A stretch of 64,000 bases of DNA from an uncultured Alphaproteobacteria bacterium (GTDB taxonomy: Bacteria; Pseudomonadota; Alphaproteobacteria; HIMB59; GCA-002718135), in the NCBI GenBank assembly GCA_902605135.1, contig CACLBK010000001.1, positions 38,583-102,582 of the forward strand. Direction: 5' to 3'. The notes under the pieces were generated by a model, which saw only the letters and a program-made list of their open reading frames with translations, searched no databases and had not been told where the DNA came from. Positions within the stretch are counted from its first letter, which is position 1, and each line of letters begins with the position of its first letter. The position numbers and the translations under genes were made by a program. Of the stretch, positions 24,047 to 33,622 are shown piece by piece.

Positions 24047-24133
24047 GCGGCTGTGGCGGAATTGGTATACGCGCAGCGTTGAGGTCGCTGTGGGATTTAT
24101 CCTGTGGAAGTTCAAGTCTTCTCAGCCGCACCA
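24047..24133 (+). tRNA. tRNA-Leu (anticodon GAG), CCA encoded
   Basis: Hand-folded. The 7-bp acceptor pairs GCGGCTG with CAGCCGC, the D-stem is 3 bp with GG in the loop, and the anticodon stem pairs CAGCG with CGCTG around loop TTGAGGT. It also has a long variable arm, a T-loop TTCAAGT, discriminator A and a terminal CCA. Confidence 0.9.
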
Positions 24134-24139
24134 ATTATT

Positions 24140-25507
24140 ATGGAAGAAATTATAATTAAAAGAGACGATTACAATTCTAGGCAATCAATTCGATTAATAA
24201 CTGATTATTTAGAAAATTATCAATATGATAATATTTTATCTTTTTTAAAAGATGTTCATAATGCAGACATAGCAGAAATTCTTCAAAATTTAGATCCAGT
24301 TTTAAGATTAAGTCTTCTTAATATAATGGATAAAAATTTTGATCCTGAAATCTTAACTTATTTGAATGATAGTCTTAGAGAAGAGATAATTGATACCTTG
24401 GATATAAAACAATTAGCTAATAACGCAAAAAGTTTAGACATAGATGATGCTGTAGATTTAGCAGAAGATTTAGAGGAACAAAATCAAAATATTTTTTTAG
24501 AAAATTTAGACAAAGAAGAAAGAACTTTAGTTAAAGAAGGTTTAAATTACCCTGAAGATTCCGCTGGAAGATTAATGCAAAGACAATTTGTTGCTATTGA
24601 TCAATCATGGAATGTTGGTCAAGCAATTGATTATTTAAGAAATAACAAAGATAATTTACCAGAAGATTTCTACGATATTTATTTAATTAATCAAAATAAT
24701 GAAGCAAAAGGGGTAGTTCCATTAGGAAGATTAATGGGTTCAAAAAGAGAAGTAAAATTAAATTCAATAATAAATAAAGAATTAAGATTAATTAATATAA
24801 ATACAGATCAAGAAGATGTAGCTCTATTATTTAATAAATATGGATTAGTAAGTGCTCCTGTTATTAACGATCAAAAAAAAATTATTGGCGCAATTACAGT
24901 TGATGATGTTGTCGAAGTTATTGAAGAAGAAAGAGAGGAAGATATTTTAAAGCTTGGAGGTGTAGATCATACCGATTTGTATGAATCAGTTATTAGTACA
25001 ACAAAATCTAGAATTTCATGGTTAATTGTAAATTTAATGACAGCTGTTGTGGCTTCAATAGTTATAGGTTTGTTTGAAGCTGCAATAGAAAAAGTAGTAG
25101 CCTTAGCAATTTTAATGCCTATAGTAGCCTCTATGGGTGCTAATGCTGGTACTCAAACTTTAACAGTTGCAGTGCGAGCTATTGCAGTTAAAGAACTAAC
25201 AACTAGTAATGCGATAAAAATAATAACTAAAGAAACTCTAATTGGCGGTATAAATGGTATCATATTCGCTATCATAATATCTTTAATTTCTATTTATTGG
25301 TTTGATAATTTGTTATTGGGCTTAATAATAGGTCTTGCTATGATACTAAACTTACTAATTGCTGGTTTTTCAGGAATTGTAATACCATTAGTTTTAAATA
25401 AGCTTAAAATTGATCCCGCTTTAGCATCTGCAGTAATTTTGACTACAATAACAGATGTATTTGGTTTTCTTTCTTTTCTTGGATTAGCAACTTTATTTTT
25501 AATATGA
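24140..25507 (+). CDS. mgtE: Magnesium transporter MgtE
   Basis: Track ORF 24104 overlaps the tRNA and is trimmed to the ATG at 24140 (455 aa). It has an acidic N-domain, a CBS pair and a C-terminal 5-TM domain. Confidence 0.92.
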   Translation: MEEIIIKRDDYNSRQSIRLITDYLENYQYDNILSFLKDVHNADIAEILQNLDPVLRLSLLNIMDKNFDPEILTYLNDSLREEIIDTLDIKQLANNAKSLDIDDAVDLAEDLEEQNQNIFLENLDKEERTLVKEGLNYPEDSAGRLMQRQFVAIDQSWNVGQAIDYLRNNKDNLPEDFYDIYLINQNNEAKGVVPLGRLMGSKREVKLNSIINKELRLININTDQEDVALLFNKYGLVSAPVINDQKKIIGAITVDDVVEVIEEEREEDILKLGGVDHTDLYESVISTTKSRISWLIVNLMTAVVASIVIGLFEAAIEKVVALAILMPIVASMGANAGTQTLTVAVRAIAVKELTTSNAIKIITKETLIGGINGIIFAIIISLISIYWFDNLLLGLIIGLAMILNLLIAGFSGIVIPLVLNKLKIDPALASAVILTTITDVFGFLSFLGLATLFLI

Positions 25508-25531
25508 TATAGGTTTATTTAAGTTAAACCA

Positions 25532-26872
25532 ATGCTAAAAAAAAATGATCTAATAGATTACTTTTATAAAGGAATTAAAAATAAAAATGATTTACGGATT
25601 GGAGTAGAACACGAGAAATTTGTTCTAAAAAAAGATAGTTTATATCAATTATCTTATGAAGAACCCAATGGTATAAAAGATATTCTATTAAATTTAGTAA
25701 ATAAGGGATGGAAACCAAATTATGATGATAAAAATACTACAATAATTGCCCTAGAAAGATTTGGTGAAAGTATAACTTTAGAACCAGGCGGTCAGATCGA
25801 ATTATCTGGAGCACAATTAAAAAATATCCATCAAACCTGTAGTGAAACTAATAGACATTTGAAGGATTTAAAAAATATTGGTAAGGAATTTGGTTTCATA
25901 TTATTAGGATTAGGTGTCGAGCCAAGTTTATCTCTTGATGATTTTCCTTGGATGCCAAAACAAAGATATTCGATAATGAAAAAATATATGCCTAAAGTTG
26001 GTACATTAGGACATCATATGATGAAACGCACATGTACAAACCAAGTAAATTTGGATTATCATTCTGAAGAAGATATGATTGCTAAGTATCGACTAATGTT
26101 AAATCTTGAAGGAATTGCAACTGCAATATTTGCTAACTCACCTTTTGATCAAAAAGAAGTTTCCAAATATAAGAGTTTAAGATCTCATTTTTGGCATCAT
26201 ACAGACAAAGATAGAACTGGTTTGTTACCATTTGTTTTTGATAAAGGTTTTAATTTTGAAAAATATGCTGAGTATGCTCTTGATGTACCAATGTATTTTG
26301 TAATTAATAATCATAAATATATAAATATGACTAATTATACTTTTAGAGATTTTATGGAAAATAATATTTCTAAAGATTTAAAGATTGAACCTACTATAGA
26401 AGATTGGATAAACCATTTATCAACTTTATTTCCTCAAGTTAGATTAAAGCAATTTTTAGAAATTCGTTCTATGGACGCATGTTCATGGGATTTAATATGT
26501 TCACAACCTGCTTTCTGGATTGGTATCTTATATAATGATGAATCTATTGATAAAACAAATGAAATTGTTGAGGGTTGGACTCAAAAAGATAGAAATTTAA
26601 TAAATAACTTAGCTCCAATAGAAGGTTTACAAACAAAATTCAAAAATGGTGACCTGTTAGATATTGCACAAAAATTGTTTGAAATTTCAAAATCAGGTTT
26701 AGAGAAAAGAAATATTTTAGTAAAAAATGAAAAATATAACGAAACATTTTATCTAAAAGATTTAGAACAAAATCTATCAAATGGTTATTCACCGGCTGAT
26801 TTATTAATCAGTAAATATAATGGTGAATGGAAGAAAAATATTAAAAAAATATATGAGGAAGAGATTTTCTAA
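25532..26872 (+). CDS. gshA: Glutamate-cysteine ligase (plant/alphaproteobacterial GCS2 type)
   Basis: 446 aa with the RIGVEHEKF block. It is directly coupled to gshB. Confidence 0.85.
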   Translation: MLKKNDLIDYFYKGIKNKNDLRIGVEHEKFVLKKDSLYQLSYEEPNGIKDILLNLVNKGWKPNYDDKNTTIIALERFGESITLEPGGQIELSGAQLKNIHQTCSETNRHLKDLKNIGKEFGFILLGLGVEPSLSLDDFPWMPKQRYSIMKKYMPKVGTLGHHMMKRTCTNQVNLDYHSEEDMIAKYRLMLNLEGIATAIFANSPFDQKEVSKYKSLRSHFWHHTDKDRTGLLPFVFDKGFNFEKYAEYALDVPMYFVINNHKYINMTNYTFRDFMENNISKDLKIEPTIEDWINHLSTLFPQVRLKQFLEIRSMDACSWDLICSQPAFWIGILYNDESIDKTNEIVEGWTQKDRNLINNLAPIEGLQTKFKNGDLLDIAQKLFEISKSGLEKRNILVKNEKYNETFYLKDLEQNLSNGYSPADLLISKYNGEWKKNIKKIYEEEIF

Positions 26873-27810
26873 TGAGAAAAAGTATTGCAATCCAAATGGA
26901 TAATATTAAAAAAATAGATTATGAATTCGATACATCTTTTTTGATAGGTTATGAGGCACAAGAAAGAGGTTATGATATTTTTTATTACAATCCAAAAGAT
27001 TTATTCATAAAAGAAAATATTATTCAAGCATCTGGATATTATTTAGAGTTATTTCTAGATGAAAAAAATTATTTCAATTTTAAATCCAATAAAATAATTG
27101 CCAAATTAGAAGATTTTCAGTTTGTCTTTTTAAGACAGGATCCTCCTTTTGATATGAATTATATTACATCGACTTATATTTTGGATTTACTTCCATCTTC
27201 AACAATTGTCGTGAATAATCCAACAGCAGTTAGAAATTCTACTGAAAAATTATTTACATTTAATTTTAAAGAATTCATGCCACCTACTTTGGTGACAAAA
27301 GATTTAAAAATTATTGAAGAATTCTTAGATAGAGAAGAAGATATTATAACCAAACCACTTTATGGTAATGGAGGTGAGGGTATTCATCGATTTGATAAAA
27401 GTGATTTCAATTCCACAATATTAGAGAAATATTTAAATTTGCCTATAATGGTCCAAAAATTTATCAATGAGATAGAGCATGGTGATAGGAGAATTATTTT
27501 TTTCGATGGTGAATATTTTGGTTCAGTTGCAAGAATACCCCAAGAAGGTAATTTAAAGGCAAATTTTCATGCTGGCGGTAAGGCAAGTAAAACTGGCCTG
27601 GTTTATAGAGACAAAGAAATTATCAAATATTTGGGACCAAAACTAAAAGAGCACAATCTGTTTTTTGTTGGAATTGATATAATTGGAAATTATCTAACAG
27701 AAATAAACGTAACTTCACCTACAGGATTGAAGCAAATTAATGCATTAAACAAAGTAAAATTAGAGAAAGATTTTTGGGATAAGCTTGAAGCAAAATATAA
27801 ATTAGTTTAA
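26872..27810 (+). CDS. gshB: Glutathione synthetase (ATP-grasp)
   Basis: 312 aa with the FLRQDPPFD block and the GDRRIIFFDGEYFG ATP-grasp block. The junction with gshA is TAATG. Confidence 0.9.
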   Translation: MRKSIAIQMDNIKKIDYEFDTSFLIGYEAQERGYDIFYYNPKDLFIKENIIQASGYYLELFLDEKNYFNFKSNKIIAKLEDFQFVFLRQDPPFDMNYITSTYILDLLPSSTIVVNNPTAVRNSTEKLFTFNFKEFMPPTLVTKDLKIIEEFLDREEDIITKPLYGNGGEGIHRFDKSDFNSTILEKYLNLPIMVQKFINEIEHGDRRIIFFDGEYFGSVARIPQEGNLKANFHAGGKASKTGLVYRDKEIIKYLGPKLKEHNLFFVGIDIIGNYLTEINVTSPTGLKQINALNKVKLEKDFWDKLEAKYKLV

Positions 27811-27833
27811 TTATACTATTTAAAGGAAAAGAT

Positions 27834-28400
27834 ATGCACGAGAATAGAATTTTAATACACAAACTAAAAAATTTTGAAAATATAAATTCAAATTTTCTTA
27901 TAATAACATTGATGTTATTTGGTTCAATTTTGCTAGCGATTTCAGCTAAGGTTCAAGTACCATTTTGGCCGGTGCCAATGACAATGCAGACGTTTGTCAT
28001 ATTCTTAATAGGAATGACATATAGTGTAAGATTATCTTTTGCCACAGTTGGATTTTACCTTTTTCAAGGAGCGATAGGACTTCCTGTTTTTGCGGCCGGT
28101 GGTGGAGTTGCTTACTTAGTTGGGCCTACTGCCGGATATCTTTATGGTATGTTATTTGCATCTATCGTTATAAGTTATTTAGCAAATTTAGGTTTTAGTA
28201 AAACATATTTTAAAGCTACAGTATCTCTATTAATTGGTTCTGCTATTATATTTTCATTTGGTATCATCTACCTTGGTTATATTATTGGTTTCGAAAAAGC
28301 AGTAGCCGCTGGTCTTTTACCATTTATCCCAAGTGAATTGTTTAAAATTGCATTAGCAGTTGCTTTGATCCCAACTTTACACAAAATTATTACAAAATAA
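27834..28400 (+). CDS. bioY: Biotin transporter BioY
   Basis: 188 aa with 5-6 TM segments and the PVPMTMQTFVIFLIG...GPTAGYLYG blocks. Confidence 0.85.
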   Translation: MHENRILIHKLKNFENINSNFLIITLMLFGSILLAISAKVQVPFWPVPMTMQTFVIFLIGMTYSVRLSFATVGFYLFQGAIGLPVFAAGGGVAYLVGPTAGYLYGMLFASIVISYLANLGFSKTYFKATVSLLIGSAIIFSFGIIYLGYIIGFEKAVAAGLLPFIPSELFKIALAVALIPTLHKIITK

Positions 28401-28406
28401 TAATTA

Positions 28407-29297
28407 ATGAAAATAGGTATTGATGTAGGCGGTACCAAAACTGAGGGTATTCTTCTAGATCCAAATGGAGCTGAAATAGATAGAAAAAGAATTAATACTG
28501 AAAAAAGTTATGATGGAACAATTAATGGAATACTATCCATTATAAATTACTTTGAAGATAAACATGGCAAAGCAGAGTCTGTTGGTATGGGAATGCCTGG
28601 GGCTATATCAAATGATACAGCTCTAATCAAAAATGCTAATTCTATATGGTTAAATGGTAAACCATTTAAGCAAGATTTAGATAAAATTCTTAATAGAAAA
28701 ATTAATATAGAAAATGATGCTAATTGTTTTACACTCTCTGAAGCAGTAGATGGAGCAGGTAAAGGTCATCAAGTTGTTTTTGGAGTAATTATTGGAACGG
28801 GAGTTGGTGGGGGTATTAGTATTAACCAAAAAGTTATAAGAGGGCGAAATAGTATAAGCGGGGAGTGGGGTCATATAGTACTGCCAGGTAGAACTGAAGA
28901 AGAAAAAAAATATGTAAAAAAATGTTATTGTGGGAAAAATGGTTGTTTAGAAACTTACATATCTGGTCCAGGATTTTCATCAGCTTATAACTTGCGTTTC
29001 AACAAAAACTATAATTCACATCAAATATTAGAGGGTTTTATTAATAATGAAGAAAATAGTATTTTTGCGCTTAATCAATACATTGATCATTTAGCTAGAG
29101 GTTTATCTGTGGTATGCAATATCCTTGATCCAGATGTAATCGTTTTGGGAGGTGGCATGTCCAATATAGATTTTATTTATAAAAATATAAATGATACTCT
29201 AAAAAAATATGTTTTTACTGATACACTAGAAACTAAAGTTATTAAAAATGTTTATGGCGATTCAAGTGGCGTAAGAGGTGCAGCTTGGCTTTCTTAA
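28407..29297 (+). CDS. ROK-family sugar kinase (NagK/Mak-like)
   Basis: 296 aa with GIDVGGTKTE, ENDANC, the zinc motif CYCGKNGCLETY and a C-terminal GVRGAAWL. Confidence 0.8.
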   Translation: MKIGIDVGGTKTEGILLDPNGAEIDRKRINTEKSYDGTINGILSIINYFEDKHGKAESVGMGMPGAISNDTALIKNANSIWLNGKPFKQDLDKILNRKINIENDANCFTLSEAVDGAGKGHQVVFGVIIGTGVGGGISINQKVIRGRNSISGEWGHIVLPGRTEEEKKYVKKCYCGKNGCLETYISGPGFSSAYNLRFNKNYNSHQILEGFINNEENSIFALNQYIDHLARGLSVVCNILDPDVIVLGGGMSNIDFIYKNINDTLKKYVFTDTLETKVIKNVYGDSSGVRGAAWLS

Positions 29298-30745
29298 ATA
29301 CCACCCATTGAAATATATTTTATAGTTAAATAATCATCAAGACCATAACGAGAACCTTCTCTTCCCATTCCTGATTCTTTAACTCCACCAAAAGGAACTT
29401 CCGCAATTGTTGGTAATCCATTGTTAATAGATACAATTCCATACTCAAGTGCTTCAGCAACTCTCCAAATTCTTCCTATGTCTCTTGAATAGAAATATGA
29501 AGCTAATCCGTACGGTGTATCATTAGCCATTTTAATCACTTCATCATCACTTGAAAATTTATAGAGAGGAGCAACAGGTCCAAATGTTTCTTCAAAAGTT
29601 ATTTTTGCCTTTGTAGATACATTTGAGAGAACAGTCGGTTGATAGAAATTCCCACCTAGTGAATGCACATCTCCACCAATTGCTATTTTAGCTCCTGTGT
29701 TAACTGCATCTTTGACATGATCGATTACTTTCTCTAAAGAGGATTGATCAATTAAAGGACCAGATACAATTCCATCATCAAGTCCATTACCCACTGTTAT
29801 TTTACTGACTTCATTTGTAAATTTTTCAAGGAATTCATCATAAATATTTTCATGCACAAATATTCTATTTGAACAAATACATGTTTGACCACTATTTCTA
29901 AATTTACTTTGTAGAGCACCTGTAACAGCTTCATTCATATCTGCATCATCAAAAACAATAAAGGGTGCGTGACCACCAAGTTCCATAGAAACTTTTTTTA
30001 CTGTTGAGGCACTTTGCTCTAAAAGTATTTTTCCAACCTCGGTAGATCCTGTAAAAGAAATTTTTCTTACAATTGGGTTACTTGTTAGCTCTTTGCCAAT
30101 TTCACTTGCCGATCCAGTTATTACATTAAATACACCATCTGGAAAACCGGCTTCTTTAGCAAGTACTGCTACAGCTAATGCAGAATATGGTGTTTGACTT
30201 GCAGGCTTAACGACTGTCGTACAACCAACAGCAAGAGCAGCTGCACATTTTCTTGTGATCATTGAATTTGGAAAATTCCATGGAGTTATTGCTCCTACAA
30301 CACCAACTGGTTGTTTAATTATAACAATTCTTTTTCCAGGTCTTGGATCAGGAACTATATCACCATAAACTCTTTTTGCTTCTTCAGCATAGAATTCAAT
30401 ATATGAAGCGCCCATTAGTATTTCACCCTTTGCTTCAGCCAGAGGTTTACCTTGTTCAATAGTCATGATTTTAGCTAAATCATCTGCATTTTCAGTAATG
30501 AGCTCTCCCCATTTTTTTAGAATAACTGATCTTTCTTTCGCTGTAGTTTCTTTCCAAGTTTGAAAAGCAGTATTAGCATCATCTATAGCTTTTTTAGTTT
30601 CTGAAACTGAGCATTTTGGGACATAGCCAATCATTTCAAGAGAGGCTGGATTATTGACCTCAAGAGTTTTACCTGAAGAACTGTCAACCCATTCCCCATT
30701 TATAAAACATTTTTGTTTAAAGAGTGATTTGTTATTTAATTCCAT
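29294..30745 (-). CDS. gabD: Succinate-semialdehyde dehydrogenase-like NAD(P)+ aldehyde dehydrogenase (GabD/DoeC-like)
   Basis: 483 aa with ALDH motifs ELGGHAP and GQTCICSNR. Confidence 0.82.
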   Translation of the reverse strand: MELNNKSLFKQKCFINGEWVDSSSGKTLEVNNPASLEMIGYVPKCSVSETKKAIDDANTAFQTWKETTAKERSVILKKWGELITENADDLAKIMTIEQGKPLAEAKGEILMGASYIEFYAEEAKRVYGDIVPDPRPGKRIVIIKQPVGVVGAITPWNFPNSMITRKCAAALAVGCTTVVKPASQTPYSALAVAVLAKEAGFPDGVFNVITGSASEIGKELTSNPIVRKISFTGSTEVGKILLEQSASTVKKVSMELGGHAPFIVFDDADMNEAVTGALQSKFRNSGQTCICSNRIFVHENIYDEFLEKFTNEVSKITVGNGLDDGIVSGPLIDQSSLEKVIDHVKDAVNTGAKIAIGGDVHSLGGNFYQPTVLSNVSTKAKITFEETFGPVAPLYKFSSDDEVIKMANDTPYGLASYFYSRDIGRIWRVAEALEYGIVSINNGLPTIAEVPFGGVKESGMGREGSRYGLDDYLTIKYISMGGI

Positions 30746-30788
30746 ATATTTTAATTATAATGCATAGTTTTAAATTAAGGTAAATATA

Positions 30789-31892
30789 ATGACAATAGTT
30801 AATTCTTGGAATGAATGGGATCCATTAAAACATGTTATAGTTGGAGCAGTTGAAAATGCCAACATACCTCCGATGGAACCAGCACTTGAACCGAAAATTA
30901 GTAAAGATAGTGGTATGGCAGGATCTCACGGACCACGTCCAAAGGAGTCAATTGATAAAGCAAATATACAATTAGAAAACTTTGTTAAAATTTTAAATTC
31001 CCTAAATATAAAAGTTGATAGACCAACACCTATTGACTTTTCTCAGAGTATTGAGACACCCGATTGGTCTAATGATGGTATGTTTGGTTGTATGCCTCCA
31101 AGAGATGTTATTCTTACTGTAGGAAATGAAATGCTAGAGGCGCCCATGTCTTACAGATGTAGATGGTTTGAGTACCTTGCCTATAGACCATTACTTGAAA
31201 AATATTATTCAGAAGATAAAAATATGAGATGGGAGTCGGCACCTAAACCAAGATTAACAAATCAATCTTATAAGTCTAATTATCTTCCTGAAGGAATAAC
31301 AGAAGAAGAACGATTTAAAAAAATCGAAAATAGAGACATGATATTGTCAGAAAAAGAACCACTTTTTGATGCAGCAGAAATTTTACGCTTTGGAAAAGAT
31401 CTATTTTATCATAACAATTTTACATCAAATTTAAGTGGTTTAGATTGGTTAAGAAGACATTATCCAAATCATCGCGTTCATCAAATTAATTTACCAGGTG
31501 ATTTAATACCAACTCACATTGATGCTTGTTTTACTCCTATTAAACCAGGTGTTATAATCATTAATCCGAATAGAAAAATATCATCAGAGCAAAGAAAAAT
31601 TTTTGATGATAATAAATGGGAAATTCATGAGGCAGCACCTTCCATTCATAATAGTCCACCACCTATGTGTTATTCATCTATCTGGTTATCAATGAACGTT
31701 TTGATAATTGATCCTAAAACTATATGTGTCGAGGCAACGGAAGAAAAAATGATTAAACAAATGGAAAGTTTTGGGTTAGATGTTATTCCAGTACCTTTTA
31801 GAGACGTTTATGCGTTTGGCGGAAGTTTACACTGTGCAACTACTGATGTTTATAGAGAAGGTGATTGTGAGGATTATTTTCCAAACCAATAA
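30789..31892 (+). CDS. Amidinotransferase-family enzyme (glycine/inosamine amidinotransferase-like)
   Basis: 367 aa. The N-terminal NEWDPLKHVIVG resembles AGAT/StrB1, and GGSLHCAT near the C-terminus is a catalytic-Cys context. Confidence 0.72.
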   Translation: MTIVNSWNEWDPLKHVIVGAVENANIPPMEPALEPKISKDSGMAGSHGPRPKESIDKANIQLENFVKILNSLNIKVDRPTPIDFSQSIETPDWSNDGMFGCMPPRDVILTVGNEMLEAPMSYRCRWFEYLAYRPLLEKYYSEDKNMRWESAPKPRLTNQSYKSNYLPEGITEEERFKKIENRDMILSEKEPLFDAAEILRFGKDLFYHNNFTSNLSGLDWLRRHYPNHRVHQINLPGDLIPTHIDACFTPIKPGVIIINPNRKISSEQRKIFDDNKWEIHEAAPSIHNSPPPMCYSSIWLSMNVLIIDPKTICVEATEEKMIKQMESFGLDVIPVPFRDVYAFGGSLHCATTDVYREGDCEDYFPNQ

Positions 31893-32647
31893 TGGATAGT
31901 TTTAATCAAAATAACGTTAAAGCCAATTTACATGAAACAAACTTTTCTAGAATTGGTGTAATTACACTATCAACTGATTTTACCATTGAGCAGGATTTTA
32001 GAAAAATTTGCCATAATTTACCAGTGGATCTATTTTTTAATAGGATACCTTTTTTAAATCCCCTAACCCATGAAAACTATATAAAGATGGCTGATTATAT
32101 AACAGAAACAACAAATCAAATACTACCCAATGAAAAAATACAAGTTGTAGCGTATGGATGTACTTCGGGCACTATTGAAATTGGTGAAAAAAGAATAAGA
32201 TCTGAAATTTTCAAAGCTAAACCTGATGCTTTAATTACGACACCTATTACAGCAGCTGTCAAAGCACTTAAATTGCTAAACAATAAAAAAATTGCTGTTC
32301 TTACTCCATACCCAAAAGATGTTAATGTAAAAGTTTACAACTATTTAATTGATAGTGGATTTGAAATTAAATCATTTAGTTCATTTAATTTAAACTATGA
32401 TTCGGAAATTGCCAAAGTTACTCAAGACAGTTTATTGCGAACAATTTCTTCAATTGATTTAACAGATGTAGATAGTGTTTTTGTATCTTGCACTGCTTTA
32501 AAAATAATTGATATTATTGAAAAATTAGAGTCAAAATTAAGCAGAGATATCATTTCAAGTAATCAAGCTATTATTTGGGATTCATTAAGATTATCTAATA
32601 TTAATCAAAAAATTGATGGTTTTGGTAACCTATTTAAATTACATTAA
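31892..32647 (+). CDS. Asp/Glu-racemase superfamily protein (EutA / maleate isomerase / arylmalonate decarboxylase-like)
   Basis: 251 aa with two Cys motifs, AYGCTSGT and VSCTALK. The junction with the upstream gene is TAATG. Confidence 0.7.
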   Translation: MDSFNQNNVKANLHETNFSRIGVITLSTDFTIEQDFRKICHNLPVDLFFNRIPFLNPLTHENYIKMADYITETTNQILPNEKIQVVAYGCTSGTIEIGEKRIRSEIFKAKPDALITTPITAAVKALKLLNNKKIAVLTPYPKDVNVKVYNYLIDSGFEIKSFSSFNLNYDSEIAKVTQDSLLRTISSIDLTDVDSVFVSCTALKIIDIIEKLESKLSRDIISSNQAIIWDSLRLSNINQKIDGFGNLFKLH

Positions 32648-32659
32648 ATAGGGTTTAAA

Positions 32660-33622
32660 TTGATTACACTTCAACAAATACAAGATGCACATAAGAAAAT
32701 TTTACCTTACGTTAATTATACGCCTTTAATTCATTCTAATTTTTTATCAAAAAATTCTACAGTAAAACTAAAGTTAGAAAATTTTCAAATCACTGGTTCA
32801 TTTAAATTAAGAGGTGCGGTTAATAAGCTTCTTTCTTTAAGTGAAGATGACAAAAGCAAAGGAGTCATTGCAGTTTCTACTGGCAATCACGGCAAAGGCG
32901 TTGCTTATGCTTCAAAGGTATTGGGTATTCAATCAACAATATATATGTCTTCAATGGTTCCAGAATATAGAAAAGAGGCTATTGAAAAATTAGGTGCAAA
33001 TGTAGAAATTATTGGAAAGAATAGTGATGAAGCTGATTTGCATGCTAAACAAATTGCAAAAGAAAAAAATATCCCATTAATTCACCCCTTTGATGATGAA
33101 GATATTATTATAGGCCAAGGTACAGTTGGACTTGAAATGCTTAATGAGTTTCCTGAAGTTGATACTGTAATTATCCCAACATCTGGAGGTGGCCTTATAT
33201 CTGGAATTGCTCAGGCAATTAAACTTCAAAAACCTGAGACAAAAATTATTGCTGTATCTATGGAAAGAGGTCCTTCAATGTATGAAAGTCTAAAAGAGGG
33301 CAAACCTGTTGATGTAGAGGAAACTGAAACTTTAGCTGATTGTTTAGGGGGTAGTATTGGTCTAGATAATAAATTTACATTTAATATTGTACAAAAATAC
33401 GTAGATGACTTTGTTTTAGTGAGTGAAGAAAAAATAGCCGAGGGAATTAGAATAAATTTTTTAGAACATAAAATTGTTTCTGAAGGTGCTGCAGCAACGA
33501 GTGTTATGGTCGTTAAAGAAAAACTCACATCACATTTAGGTAAAAATATAATCTGTTTAATTTGTGGTGGAAATATTGACTCGGAACTATTTAACAAAGT
33601 TTTAAGCCATGCTCATCCTTAA
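32660..33622 (+). CDS. Threonine/serine dehydratase-like fold-II PLP enzyme (EutB-like)
   Basis: 320 aa, TTG start. It has the PLP-lysine motif GSFKLRGA and a GGGLISG glycine loop. Confidence 0.8.
   Translation: MITLQQIQDAHKKILPYVNYTPLIHSNFLSKNSTVKLKLENFQITGSFKLRGAVNKLLSLSEDDKSKGVIAVSTGNHGKGVAYASKVLGIQSTIYMSSMVPEYRKEAIEKLGANVEIIGKNSDEADLHAKQIAKEKNIPLIHPFDDEDIIIGQGTVGLEMLNEFPEVDTVIIPTSGGGLISGIAQAIKLQKPETKIIAVSMERGPSMYESLKEGKPVDVEETETLADCLGGSIGLDNKFTFNIVQKYVDDFVLVSEEKIAEGIRINFLEHKIVSEGAAATSVMVVKEKLTSHLGKNIICLICGGNIDSELFNKVLSHAHP

Noticed and set aside
24104-24139. GTG-type start of the mgtE ORF inside tRNA-Leu.
   Set aside because: It would make the CDS overlap the tRNA T-arm and acceptor stem. 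The ATG at 24140 gives a normal MgtE N-terminus.
24134-30745. tRNA-Leu as the attachment site of a genomic island.
   Set aside because: No integrase, recombinase or phage gene follows. I noticed no direct repeat of the tRNA 3' end. The flanking genes (mgtE, gshAB, bioY) are housekeeping-type with native-looking composition.
30746-30788. Operator-like symmetry in the 43-bp gabD-like / amidinotransferase divergent spacer.
   Set aside because: I found only imperfect AT-rich partial palindromes, nothing beyond the chance expectation for this composition.
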